Numbered from the stretch's first letter, positions 47,241-56,815 are shown. The stretch is 64,000 nt of DNA from an uncultured bacterium (GCA_963822585.1 CAWGIE010000035.1:1-64000); one strand, 5' to 3'. A program made the numbers and translations. Notes: generated by a model not told the origin, from the letters alone.

Positions 47241-48347
47241 ATGATTCACAAAGATTGCCGATATTATCAGGGTGACCGTCCCTGTCGCTTCCACAAGGAG
47301 GAAGGGGTTAAATGCGGCGATTGCCCGCGGTATTCCCCCTTTCGGGGCAAGATCCTGATTATCAAGCTGGACGCGGTCGGAGACGTCCTGAGGACGACCT
47401 CCCTCCTCGCCCGGCTGAAGAGGCGGTTCCCCGACAGCCATCTTACCTGGATCACCGGGAAAGCCTCCCTGCCGATCTTTGTCAATAATCCCTTCGTGGA
47501 TCGGGTCCTTCCTCTTCAGCCGGCCGGCCTGATCTGTGTTCTGGCGGAACAATTTCTCCTCTCCGTGAATCTCGACACCGCCCCCGTGAGCGCCTCGCTT
47601 CACTCCCTGGTCCGGGCCGGAGAAAAGAAAGGGTTCACCCTCGACCAGGAAGGCCGGGTATGCGCCTGCAGTCCCGCCGCGGAAGAGTGGCTGCTGATGA
47701 GTATCTTTGATGACGTGAAGAAGAATAATAACCGGACCTGCCAGAGCATCATGAGTGGGATTCTGGAGCTGCCGTCACCGGACGACGAGATCGTGCTCAA
47801 CCTTTCACCCGAAGAGCTCCTCCTCGCCCGCCGTTTTGCCCAAAAGCACGGACTGGAAGGCACGGGTCCCCTAATCGGGTTCAATACCGGCGCCGGGCGG
47901 CGCTGGAAACACAAGAAGTGGACCGAGGAAGGAACCCTGGCCCTGGCCCGCTTATGCGCGGAGCGGCTCGGGGCTACTCTTCTCCTCTACGGAGGTCCCG
48001 AGGAAGAAGAGCGGAACAGACGGCTGCTGGAGGCGGGGGAGGGGATTTTTATCGACACCGGCTGCCGGAATGACCTGCGGACCTTTTTTGCCCTTCTCAG
48101 TCTTCCGGACCTGGTCGTCACATCGGATACACTGGCGCTTCATGCCGCGCTCGGCTTGCAGAAGAAGGTGGTCGCCCTTTTCGGACCGACCTCCGCCGCC
48201 GAGATCGATCTCTACGGGCGGGGAGAAAAGGTGGTCTCCTCCGTTCCCTGCCAATGCTGCTACCGGATCGACTGCGAGGTGGTGCCTGATTGCATGGAAA
48301 GTATCACCCCGGAGATGGTCTTTGCGGCCATCCAAAAGCTTATCTAA
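47241..48347 (+). CDS. GT9 family (heptosyltransferase-like) glycosyltransferase with Cys-rich N-terminus
   Basis: IIKL.A.GDVLRTT, N.GA....K.W, D.VVT.DT...H.A.....VVALFGPT. Confidence 0.92.
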   Translation: MIHKDCRYYQGDRPCRFHKEEGVKCGDCPRYSPFRGKILIIKLDAVGDVLRTTSLLARLKRRFPDSHLTWITGKASLPIFVNNPFVDRVLPLQPAGLICVLAEQFLLSVNLDTAPVSASLHSLVRAGEKKGFTLDQEGRVCACSPAAEEWLLMSIFDDVKKNNNRTCQSIMSGILELPSPDDEIVLNLSPEELLLARRFAQKHGLEGTGPLIGFNTGAGRRWKHKKWTEEGTLALARLCAERLGATLLLYGGPEEEERNRRLLEAGEGIFIDTGCRNDLRTFFALLSLPDLVVTSDTLALHAALGLQKKVVALFGPTSAAEIDLYGRGEKVVSSVPCQCCYRIDCEVVPDCMESITPEMVFAAIQKLI

Positions 48348-48377
48348 CATAATGGTTATACGAAGCACTTTTGATTT

Positions 48378-48471
48378 ACCACGAAGGACACGAAGGACAC
48401 GAAGGTGTTATCCTAATTCAGATATTCTCTGTGTTTCTATTTTTCTTCGTGAACTTCGTGTCCTTCGTGGT
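48378..48471. repeat. Inverted 9-mer array (CACGAAGGA)n ... (TCCTTCGTG)n, family D
   Basis: accacgaagga cacgaagga cacgaagg ... cttcgtg aacttcgtg tccttcgtggt. Confidence 0.88.
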
Positions 48472-48484
48472 TTTAATTGATTAA

Positions 48485-49192
48485 ATGAAAACCGTGATAA
48501 TGATTCCGACTTATAACGAGGCCGGGAGCATCGCTTCCGTCATCTCCGGACTGCTGGCTTTACCGGGGGTGGAGTGCGAGATCCTGGTTGTCGACGACGA
48601 TTCCCCCGACGGGACTTCTGGTGTCGTCGCCCATCTTGCGGAACAGGACCGGAGGGTCCATCTTCTCACCCGCCGCGAACGGCGCGGACGGGGTTACGCC
48701 GGGAAAGACGGTTTTCTCTGGGCCCTGGATCAGGGAGCGGATATCATCGGCGAGATGGACGGCGACGGTTCTCATGACCCGGCCGGTCTCCCCCGGTTGC
48801 TGGATCCGATCCGGCAAGGGGAGGCCGATGTGGTCATCGGATCGCGGTTTATCCCCGGCGGGACGGTGGAAGGAAGACAGTGGTTCCGTGATCGGATCAG
48901 CGGCTTGGCCCGCGCCTATATCCGGCGGGTTCTCGGAATCACGGCCGCCGACCCCACCTCAGGGTATCGGCTCTTCACTCGGAAAGCCCTGGAATCGATC
49001 GACACCCGCTCTCTGGCCGCGTCGGACCCGTTTATCGTCACCGAGGTTCTTTATCGCTGTTACCGAAAGAGACTCCGAATAACGGAAGTCCCGATTCTGT
49101 TCCGGCAAAGAAAGCGGGGCGTCTCCAAATTGAACAGCGTGATCCTGATCAGATACCTCCCGCGGGTCTGGAAGTTGAAGTATATAAAGTAG
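48485..49192 (+). CDS. GT2 polyprenol-phosphate mannose synthase-like glycosyltransferase
   Basis: IPTYNE, VVDD.SPDGT, MDGDGSH.P, D.VIGSRF, D.TSGYR, EVPI.F..R..G.SK. Confidence 0.92.
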   Translation: MKTVIMIPTYNEAGSIASVISGLLALPGVECEILVVDDDSPDGTSGVVAHLAEQDRRVHLLTRRERRGRGYAGKDGFLWALDQGADIIGEMDGDGSHDPAGLPRLLDPIRQGEADVVIGSRFIPGGTVEGRQWFRDRISGLARAYIRRVLGITAADPTSGYRLFTRKALESIDTRSLAASDPFIVTEVLYRCYRKRLRITEVPILFRQRKRGVSKLNSVILIRYLPRVWKLKYIK

Positions 49193-49213
49193 CGGCTTCG
49201 CCGCTACTTTAAT
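49187..49213. repeat. Perfect palindrome containing the GT2 stop codon
   Basis: TAAAGTAGCGGC-TTC-GCCGCTACTTTA. Confidence 0.75.
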
Positions 49214-49367
49214 AGTGGATCCCGATTGATGCAATCGGGGTCTGTTGTTTGAACACAACCTGTATCTATGAGGCAAGATCGTAAAAAGGATTCTCTAACT
49301 CAGCCAATATCTACCAGTTTAATTGCATGTTATAGATAGCATCAATTTTCAAAGGAATAATAAAGAA

Positions 49368-50765
49368 ATGAACGATAACTTACTGACGAAATACGGTTTC
49401 AACGAGGCTGAGTTCGACCGTTTACAGAGCGATTACCGCTCGGGCATTCTCAGCCTCCGGAGCAACCTGATTAACCATGACAACGCCTGGGAGGTCAGGC
49501 TTCCCTCCCCGGCTGACAGTACCGCCCTCCCTCCTTCCCAAAGCCCGGAGGCTGACCGGGGCAGGGAGATCATCGCCTCCGGCCGGCTCGGTCTCATTTT
49601 CATGAACGGCGGAGCGGCAACCCGGTTTCAGAAGGCGGGAGAGGACCTCCCCAAGGGCGCCTTCCCGATCATGGAAGTCGACGGCCGGATGCGCAGCTTT
49701 ATGGAACTAAAATTGGCCAATGCGCGGCAGGCCGAGCGGGAATACGGGGCCCGGGTGCCCGTCTGGATACTGAACAGCTATTTTACCGAGGATCGGACGG
49801 AGAAAATTCTGGAAGAGAATGATAACTTCGGTAAGAAGGATGTATTCACTTACTGCCAGGGGATTATGAAGAGGGTTATCCCCTCCCGGGAGGACCTGGA
49901 ACTTCACTACGGGAAATCCATCGGCAAACTCACCGGCAAGATCGAAAACTCTCCTCCCGGTGCCAAACGTGAATCTTTGGAGGAGGAGAGGAGGGTTTTG
50001 CGGGAACGCCTCTCCGGTTGGGTCGAGCGGTACGCCGGTCGGGCCGGGGACGAGGTGGAATCCGGAGACGAGAAACAAAGATACAACCCCCCGGGACATC
50101 TCGATACCACCCTCTGGCTGGTCCTGGACCGCCGCCGGCCTCTACTCATGATGCTGGAGATGGGGGTGGAATATCTGTTGATCTCCAATATCGACAATCT
50201 GGGGGCCCTGGTCGATCCGGCGCTTCCGGGATTGCTCTCCCTGCGGGAGGAAGCGGGGACCAAAATTCTTTGCGAGGTCAGTACCAAGCCGCCCGGGCAG
50301 AAAGGGGGGGCGCTGGCCCGGGTCTATGACCCGGTCCGGCAGCGCGAGTGGTGTCAGCTGATCGAGGAGTTCGCGTTTCCCCTCGATTTCGACCAGGACC
50401 GCATCCCCGAGTTCAATAACGCCGCTTACACGATTTCGGTGGCGACTCTGCTTCGCCTGTTCGACCTGACCCGGGAGGAACTCGGGAGCCTCACCCGGGC
50501 TGAACTGGTCGGGAAGGTCCGGAAGGTGACCGATCGGCTGCCGGTATATGTCGCCATCAAGGAGCTGAAGGAGAGGGAGGAGGGGGGAGAGGTTGATTTT
50601 CCGGTGGTCCAGTTCGAACGGCTGCAGGGAGATCTTACCCGCCTCCTGAGACCGCTGGCGGTCAAAACGGTTGACCGGTTCTTCCCGGTCAAGAAGCGGG
50701 AGGACATCCCGGTCGTGGTCCCCCGCCTTCGGCAGGTTCTGGACGGGAAAATTGTCATTGATTAG
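49368..50765 (+). CDS. UTP--sugar-1-phosphate uridylyltransferase, eukaryote-type UDPGP family
   Basis: NGG.ATR......PKG, NS..T, NPPGH.D, SNIDNLGA, KGG, E, FN, F.PVK. Confidence 0.8.
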   Translation: MNDNLLTKYGFNEAEFDRLQSDYRSGILSLRSNLINHDNAWEVRLPSPADSTALPPSQSPEADRGREIIASGRLGLIFMNGGAATRFQKAGEDLPKGAFPIMEVDGRMRSFMELKLANARQAEREYGARVPVWILNSYFTEDRTEKILEENDNFGKKDVFTYCQGIMKRVIPSREDLELHYGKSIGKLTGKIENSPPGAKRESLEEERRVLRERLSGWVERYAGRAGDEVESGDEKQRYNPPGHLDTTLWLVLDRRRPLLMMLEMGVEYLLISNIDNLGALVDPALPGLLSLREEAGTKILCEVSTKPPGQKGGALARVYDPVRQREWCQLIEEFAFPLDFDQDRIPEFNNAAYTISVATLLRLFDLTREELGSLTRAELVGKVRKVTDRLPVYVAIKELKEREEGGEVDFPVVQFERLQGDLTRLLRPLAVKTVDRFFPVKKREDIPVVVPRLRQVLDGKIVID

Positions 50766-50779
50766 AATCAGTTCTAACG

Positions 50780-50975
50780 AAGAGTTTGCTCGCAAAGATC
50801 GTATGCTCTCAAATCCTAATATCTAAGCACGAAATCCCAAATAATATCAAAGGACCAAAATATTAAATTCAAAACAAAAGCGCCGATGGTCCGAAGTTTT
50901 GAACATTTGAAATTTGGATTTAGAATTTATTTAGGATTTAGATATTAGGATTTATGATTTTCGGCTTGAAACTCT
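50780..50975 (+). mobile_element. MITE-like family C, copy 4 (degenerate ends)
   Basis: Collinear with 18695-18906, including the central AAAAGCG.CGATGG..CGA.GTTTTG. Confidence 0.7.
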
Positions 50976-51067
50976 GTTGGGTAGAATATAACTAGACCTT
51001 ATTGGAAAAACGTATCCCATTTAAATAGCGTTTTTTAAAAAGATTATTCGCGTCTAAGGAGGCGAAG

Positions 51068-51454
51068 ATGAAAGATAAAACTGTACTTATCATCGATGAT
51101 GATCTTGACCTGGCGGAGACGTTGAAAACGGTGCTGACGTCGCGCGGATACGCCGTTTTGCTGGCCCCGGACAGCGAAGAGGGGATCGCCCGCGCCCGCG
51201 CCGCCCGGCCCGATTGTATTATCCTCGATGTGATGATGAGAACCACGGGAGAAGGCATTACCGCGGCCCGGACATTGAAGAGCGACGCCGCGTTGAAGAA
51301 TATCCCGATCATTATGTTGACCTCGGTTGAGGAGGAGACCGGTTTCTCTTTCGATCCGGCCATTGACACCGAGTACCTGCCGGTGGACGTCTTTTTGGCC
51401 AAGCCGGTGGACCCGGGAAAACTCCTGGAAGAGATCGGGAAGCTTATCGACTAA
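51068..51454 (+). CDS. Single-domain response regulator (receiver)
   Basis: IIDDD, PDCIILDVMM (phospho-Asp), IIMLTS, KP. SD AAGGAGG. Confidence 0.95.
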   Translation: MKDKTVLIIDDDLDLAETLKTVLTSRGYAVLLAPDSEEGIARARAARPDCIILDVMMRTTGEGITAARTLKSDAALKNIPIIMLTSVEEETGFSFDPAIDTEYLPVDVFLAKPVDPGKLLEEIGKLID

Positions 51455-51456
51455 AT

Positions 51457-51835
51457 AAAGATGAACGCTCAACCGAAAAACAGGTAATCAGTAATCGGTA
51501 ATCAGTAATCAGTAATCAGGGGCAGGCGGCACATTAAACATCGAACGGGAAAAGGCAGAGAGCATAGCGCATGGCGCAGAGCGCCTGGAGGAGATGAATG
51601 TCCAATGACCAATCTCCCATACCCGATTTCCAAATACTGGCGCCCATAATTGGGAGTTGGCAGTTGGCCATTGGAAATTGGAAGTTCAATATGGGGGCGA
51701 GGCGGGGGGGGGCGAAAAGATGAACTTCCAACGTCGAACGTTCAACGTCCAACGTCGAACGAAAAAAAGCCAAAATTATACATCCTATTCAATCACATTC
51801 AATCGTCTGTTTTCTTAAGGGGGTGAGGGAGGGGC
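51457..51835. repeat. Pile-up of several repeat families (E fragment, A, GCATAGC-type, CCAAT/TTGG-type, full family E element)
   Basis: (gtaatca)5; gcagagagcatagcgcatggcgcagagc; tccaatgaccaat...ttggccattggaaattggaa; gaacttccaacgtcgaacgttcaacgtccaacgtcgaacg. Confidence 0.8.
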
Positions 51836-51850
51836 AATCGTTCTGTTAAA

Positions 51851-54301
51851 ATGAAAAAAGATCAGCCAGAGAAGGATCGGCCGCAAGATCTGGAAGATTT
51901 CCGCCGCCGACAGGTGGAGTTTCTCAAAGTTGCCGCCCACCAGATCAGGTCCCCCGTCAATACCATTCTGACCTCCCTGCGGACCCTTCTGGATGGGTAC
52001 GCCGAGCCCCTCAGCGCCGCTCAGCAGGCGATCCTTGAAGGAGCGGAGCGAAAGACCCGGGAGTCACTGCATCTGATCAGTTATATTCTGGAATTATCCC
52101 GGATGGACCGGGTAACCCCCCGGGACTTCACCCCGATTGACCTGAACCAGATGACGGTGGATATCGTCTCCGCCTTCGAAGAACAGGTCCGGAAGAGAAA
52201 GCTGGCCTTCGAGGTCAGGATACCCCGGAAGCTTCCCCGGGTTATGGGGTACGCCCCCGGTCTCCGGGCGGCCATCACCAACCTGCTCGACAATGCTTTT
52301 AAATATACCCCCCGGGACGGAAAAGTGCGTTTCCTGCTCGGTTATGACTATCCCCGCGGGATCCTGTCCGGGAAAGTGATCGACAGTGGGATCGGCATTC
52401 CCCTCAAGGACCAGGAGTTCATCTTCCAGGAATTTTTCCGGGCCTCCAATGCGGTCAAACTGACTCGTTCCGGGAGCGGGCTGGGGATGAGCATCATCAA
52501 GCGGGCGGTCGATCTGCACCACGGCCGGATCTCGCTGAAAAGCGGGGGAGGGGCGGGGACCGCGATCGAATTTGAGATTCCGCTGACCCTGGCCGGTCCG
52601 GGCACGGAGGAGAAGTCAGGGGAAGAAACCGGGCTCCGGATCGTGGTCATCGGCGGTGTGGCCGCCGGTCCCAAGGCGGCCGCCAAGGCTCGCCGCAATG
52701 ACCAGCGGGCGTCGATTACGATAGTGGAAAGGGGAATATTTCTCTCCTACAGCGGCTGCGGTCTCCCCTACTACATTTCCGGGAAGGTAAACGATCAGAA
52801 GGATCTGATGACCACCGTGATCGGCGTTCATCGGGATCCGGAGTATTTCCGGATGCTGAAAAATATCCGGGTGCTGAATCAAACGGAGGCGGTTGCCATC
52901 GATCGGGAAGCCCGGACGGTAACGGTTAAAAACCTCCGCGACGGGGAGGAGTACCGGATTCCCTACGACCGGCTGGTTCTCACCACCGGTTCCCGGGCCC
53001 TGCTCCCCGATCTGCCGGGTCTGGACCTCAAGAACATCTTCACCCTCCACCGGATTAGGGACGCGGAAAGTCTCCGGGCCATCCTCCGGGAAGAGATGGC
53101 CAAGGACGCCGTGATCGTGGGAGGAGGACTGATCGGCACCGAGACCGCGGAGGCTCTGACCGAGGCCGGCGCCCGGGTCACCGTGGTTGAGGAACGGGAT
53201 CATATCCTGACCATGCTCGATACCGAGATCTCGGCGCTGGTTGAAAAGCACATGAGACATAACGGCGTCAAGGTCTATACCGGGACCAGTGTCGAGCGCT
53301 TTGTGGGCGACGGGAAGGTGAAGAAGGTGATCACCGATCGGGAGGACCTCCCGGCCGATTTTGTCCTGATGGCCACCGGTGTCGGGCCCGAGGTCAGCCT
53401 GGCCGCAGGAGCCGGCCTGGCCATCGGATCGAGCGGCGCGATTAAAGTCGATAAATATCTGCGCACCTCGGATCCCAATATCTACGCGGGAGGGGATTGC
53501 GTGGAGAGCGTCGATTTGATAACCGGGGACCCGGTTTATATTCCCCTGGGGAGCACGGCCAACAAGCACGGCCGGATCATCGGGATCAACGTCACCGGCG
53601 GAAAAGAGAGTTTTCCCGGCATTGCCGGGACAACCATTCTCAAGGTTTTTGACTATAACGTGGCCCGGGTCGGACTGACGGCCGCGCAGGCCGAGAGGCG
53701 CGGCTACCGGGTGGAAACTTCCCTCTGCCCGGCGCCCGATAAGGCTCATTTCTATCCCGGCTCCCGTCTGATCGTGGTCAAGCTGGTCGTGGACCGGGAT
53801 TCCGAGCGGCTGCTGGGGGCGCAGGTGGTGGGGCCGGGGGATGTCTCCAAGCGGATCGACGTCGCCGCCGCCGTGATCTCCAAGCAGGGCACCGTCGGCG
53901 ATCTGGCCAAGCTTGATCTTGCCTACGCGCCGCCCTACTCGGAAGCGATCGACTGTATCGCTCAAGCCGCCAACATCCTGAAAAATAAGCTGGCCGGGCT
54001 CTATACGGGCATATCGCCGCTGGAGGTGGCCGAGAAACTCGCCCGGCGCGATGACCTGCTCCTGATCGACGTCAGTACCGAGGAAGAATACGAAGCGGAG
54101 AGCATCCCCGGCAGCCGTCTCATCCCGCTCGGCACTCTTCGGGGAAGACTCGGTGAACTGCCCCCGGACCGGGAAATAATTCTGGTCTGTTCCAACGGCA
54201 TCCGCTCCTATGAAGCCGCCCTGATCCTGCAATCGGAGGGGTTTCTCCAGGTCAAGGCCATGGACGGGGGATTGGTGACCTGGCCCTTCGCCAAGCGCTG
54301 A
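51851..54301 (+). CDS. Fusion: HisKA/HATPase histidine kinase + CoA-disulfide/persulfide reductase (FAD/NADH) + rhodanese
   Basis: H-box AHQIRSP, N-box NLLDNAFKY, DSGIGI, GSGLG; GGVAAG, SYSGCGLPY, GGGLIG, YAGGD, YAPPYS; rhodanese IDV....EY....IPG...IP, CSNGIRS, GG...W. Confidence 0.92.
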   Translation: MKKDQPEKDRPQDLEDFRRRQVEFLKVAAHQIRSPVNTILTSLRTLLDGYAEPLSAAQQAILEGAERKTRESLHLISYILELSRMDRVTPRDFTPIDLNQMTVDIVSAFEEQVRKRKLAFEVRIPRKLPRVMGYAPGLRAAITNLLDNAFKYTPRDGKVRFLLGYDYPRGILSGKVIDSGIGIPLKDQEFIFQEFFRASNAVKLTRSGSGLGMSIIKRAVDLHHGRISLKSGGGAGTAIEFEIPLTLAGPGTEEKSGEETGLRIVVIGGVAAGPKAAAKARRNDQRASITIVERGIFLSYSGCGLPYYISGKVNDQKDLMTTVIGVHRDPEYFRMLKNIRVLNQTEAVAIDREARTVTVKNLRDGEEYRIPYDRLVLTTGSRALLPDLPGLDLKNIFTLHRIRDAESLRAILREEMAKDAVIVGGGLIGTETAEALTEAGARVTVVEERDHILTMLDTEISALVEKHMRHNGVKVYTGTSVERFVGDGKVKKVITDREDLPADFVLMATGVGPEVSLAAGAGLAIGSSGAIKVDKYLRTSDPNIYAGGDCVESVDLITGDPVYIPLGSTANKHGRIIGINVTGGKESFPGIAGTTILKVFDYNVARVGLTAAQAERRGYRVETSLCPAPDKAHFYPGSRLIVVKLVVDRDSERLLGAQVVGPGDVSKRIDVAAAVISKQGTVGDLAKLDLAYAPPYSEAIDCIAQAANILKNKLAGLYTGISPLEVAEKLARRDDLLLIDVSTEEEYEAESIPGSRLIPLGTLRGRLGELPPDREIILVCSNGIRSYEAALILQSEGFLQVKAMDGGLVTWPFAKR

Positions 54302-54342
54302 CCCCCCTGAGTCCACTAATTACACGAATTAACACTAATGTT

Positions 54343-54790
54343 CCCCCCCCACCTCGCCCCCTTTTGAAACAGACGATTGAATGTGATTGGAGGAGAATAA
54401 TGCTGGCGGCCGCAATTTTTCGTTCGACGTTGGACGTTGAACGTTCGACGTTGGAAGTTCATCTTTTTTCCCCCGCCTCGCCCCCTTTTTTAAACTACGA
54501 ATTACGCGAATTACACGAAACACCCCCCGCCTCCCCCCCGATAAGAACCCCGATTGAACTTCGGGGGGGGGCCATACGATTGTCGTAGATCCGGCAGTTT
54601 TTGACGGAAATGTGATGGAATAGGATGTATGATTTCGGCTGCAATTTTTCGTTCGACGTTCGACGTTGAACGTTCGACGTTGGAAGTTCATCTTTTCTTC
54701 CCTCGCCCCCTTTTGAGTCCACTAATTTCACGAATTTCCACTATTCCTTTGGTCCTGTCTGTCTTGGGCCGTTCGACGTTTGACGTTCAG
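54343..54790. repeat. Two to three family E elements, inverted relative to 51691-51835
   Basis: aaacagacgattgaatgtgattg...tttttcgttcgacgttggacgttgaacgttcgacgttggaagttcatctttt, again at 54600-54712. Confidence 0.85.
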
Positions 54791-54860
54791 TTTTTCCTTT
54801 ACTGCCGGACGGCTTACGTGTACCCTTCACCTTCCCCCTAACCAGGCAAGGAGCGTTCAT

Positions 54861-56741
54861 ATGAGTTCAGCACAAAAGATCATCAAGGAAAAATGTACAT
54901 CCGCCGGTTTTGACCGGCTGATGGCGCTCGATAACCCGCTGTTGCATGAGTTTGTGGCCAAATATCTGCTGCTCTGTAATCCGGACAGGGTCTATGTCGC
55001 CGATGATTCTGAAGAGAGCACCGAGTATATCCGGGCGGCGGCCCTGGCAACGGGAGAAGAGAAGAAACTGGCGATTGAAGGGCACACCATCCACTTCGAC
55101 GGCAGTCAGGACCAGGCCCGCGACAAGGGAGGCACCCGGTACCTCCTCCCTCCCGGTCTCGATCTCGGACCCCGGATCAGTTCCGTCGACAAGGAAAAGG
55201 GTTTGAGCGAGATTCAGGGTTTTTTGCAGGGGAGCATGAAAGGGAAGGAATGTTTTATTCTCTTTTTCTGCCTCAGCCCGACTTTCTCCGAGTTCTCCAT
55301 CCCCTGCGTTCAGATTACCGACTCCAGCTATGTCGCTCACTCCGAAACCATCCTCTACCGCCGTGGCTATGAGTACTTCAAAAGCATCGGGGACTCGAAG
55401 GATTTTTTCCGGTTCGTGCACAGCGCCGGGGAACTGGAGGGAGCCGTCAGTAAAAATGTTCAGGACCGGAGGGTGTATATTGATATCGAGGAAGACATCG
55501 TCTACAGCACCAATACCCAATACGCCGGCAATACCGTGGGGTTGAAAAAACTCGCCCTTCGCCTTGCCATCAAGAAAGCCTCACGCGAGGACTGGCTGGC
55601 CGAGCATATGCTCCTGATGGGGGTTCACGGGCCCCAGGGCCGGGTGACCTATTTCTCCGGCGCCTTCCCCAGCGCCTGCGGGAAGACCTCGACCGCCATG
55701 TGCCCCGGCGAGACGATCGTGGGAGACGACATCGCCTACCTCCGGCTGCGGGACGGCGCCTGCGTTGCCGCCAATGTGGAGGCGGGTATTTTCGGAATTA
55801 TTCAGGACGTCAGCCGGAAAGACGATCCGGTCATCTGGGAGGCCCTCTCCACACCGGGCGAGGTTATCTTCAGCAACGTTCTGGTCACAGGAGACGGGGT
55901 CCCTTACTGGCTGGGGGACGGGCGGGAAACCCCCGAACGGGGCGTGAATTTCTCCGGGAAATGGGAGCGGGGGAAGAAGGACGGGAAGGGCAATCCCATC
56001 CCCTGCGCCCACAAGAACGCCCGCTATACGGTCAGCCTCTCCCGGCTTCGCAACCTCGACCCCCGGGCCGACGATCCCCGGGGGGTGGAGCTCTCCGGGA
56101 TCCTGTACGGCGGCCGCGATTCCGACACCTGGGTACCGGTTGAGAGGGCTTTCGGCTGGGACCACGGGGTCGTCACCAAAGGCGCGGCCATCGAATCGGA
56201 GACCACCGCGGCGACCCTGGGCGAGCAGGGAGTGAGAAAGTTCAACATCATGTCCAACCTCGATTTCCTGGCTATCCCGCTGGCCCGCTATATCGAGGCG
56301 TATCTAGACTTCGGAAAGACCCTCGCCCGGCCCCCGGTCATCTTCTCGGTTAACTATTTTCTCAAAGGGGATGACGGGAACTATCTCAACGGCCACGAGG
56401 ACAAGCGGGTCTGGCTGAAGTGGATGGAACTCTCGGTCAATGACGACGTGGGGATGATTGAAACACCGACCGGGTTTATCCCCGACTACCCCGACCTGAA
56501 ACGGCTTTTCCGCCAGGTCCTGGATAAGGAATACACGGAAGAAGATTATGTCCGGCAATTCTCATCCCGGGTCCCGGAAAGTCTGGCCAAGATCGAGCGC
56601 ATGCGGGAGATCTATAACGCCGAAGTCGTCCGGCCGCCCAAGGTCTTTTACCGGATATTCGAGGACCAGAAAAAGAGGCTGGAAGAGGCCCGGTCCCGAT
56701 ATGGCGATTGTGTCTCCCCTTTTGATCTTCCCCGGGCTTAA
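54861..56741 (+). CDS. pckG: Phosphoenolpyruvate carboxykinase (GTP)
   Basis: TDS.YV.HS, Y.GN..GLKK, WLAEHM, GAFPSACGKT, VGDDIA, N.E.G.FG, H.NAR, GGR. SD AAGGAG. Confidence 0.95.
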   Translation: MSSAQKIIKEKCTSAGFDRLMALDNPLLHEFVAKYLLLCNPDRVYVADDSEESTEYIRAAALATGEEKKLAIEGHTIHFDGSQDQARDKGGTRYLLPPGLDLGPRISSVDKEKGLSEIQGFLQGSMKGKECFILFFCLSPTFSEFSIPCVQITDSSYVAHSETILYRRGYEYFKSIGDSKDFFRFVHSAGELEGAVSKNVQDRRVYIDIEEDIVYSTNTQYAGNTVGLKKLALRLAIKKASREDWLAEHMLLMGVHGPQGRVTYFSGAFPSACGKTSTAMCPGETIVGDDIAYLRLRDGACVAANVEAGIFGIIQDVSRKDDPVIWEALSTPGEVIFSNVLVTGDGVPYWLGDGRETPERGVNFSGKWERGKKDGKGNPIPCAHKNARYTVSLSRLRNLDPRADDPRGVELSGILYGGRDSDTWVPVERAFGWDHGVVTKGAAIESETTAATLGEQGVRKFNIMSNLDFLAIPLARYIEAYLDFGKTLARPPVIFSVNYFLKGDDGNYLNGHEDKRVWLKWMELSVNDDVGMIETPTGFIPDYPDLKRLFRQVLDKEYTEEDYVRQFSSRVPESLAKIERMREIYNAEVVRPPKVFYRIFEDQKKRLEEARSRYGDCVSPFDLPRA

Positions 56742-56815
56742 TTTAGGGAGTAAATGTTGATATCGCGCCAGTAATTATTTGATTGACAGAGGTATTCTTA
56801 ATCGCTGGAAAGATC

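Noticed and set aside
54296..54312. Selenocysteine or pyrrolysine readthrough at gene ends
   Set aside because: The stops fall at natural family C-termini, no catalytic Cys position is occupied by TGA, and no SECIS-like context was seen.
54335..54841. Small ORFs encoding RSTLDVERSTLEV-type peptides
   Set aside because: They are translations of the family E heptad arrays.
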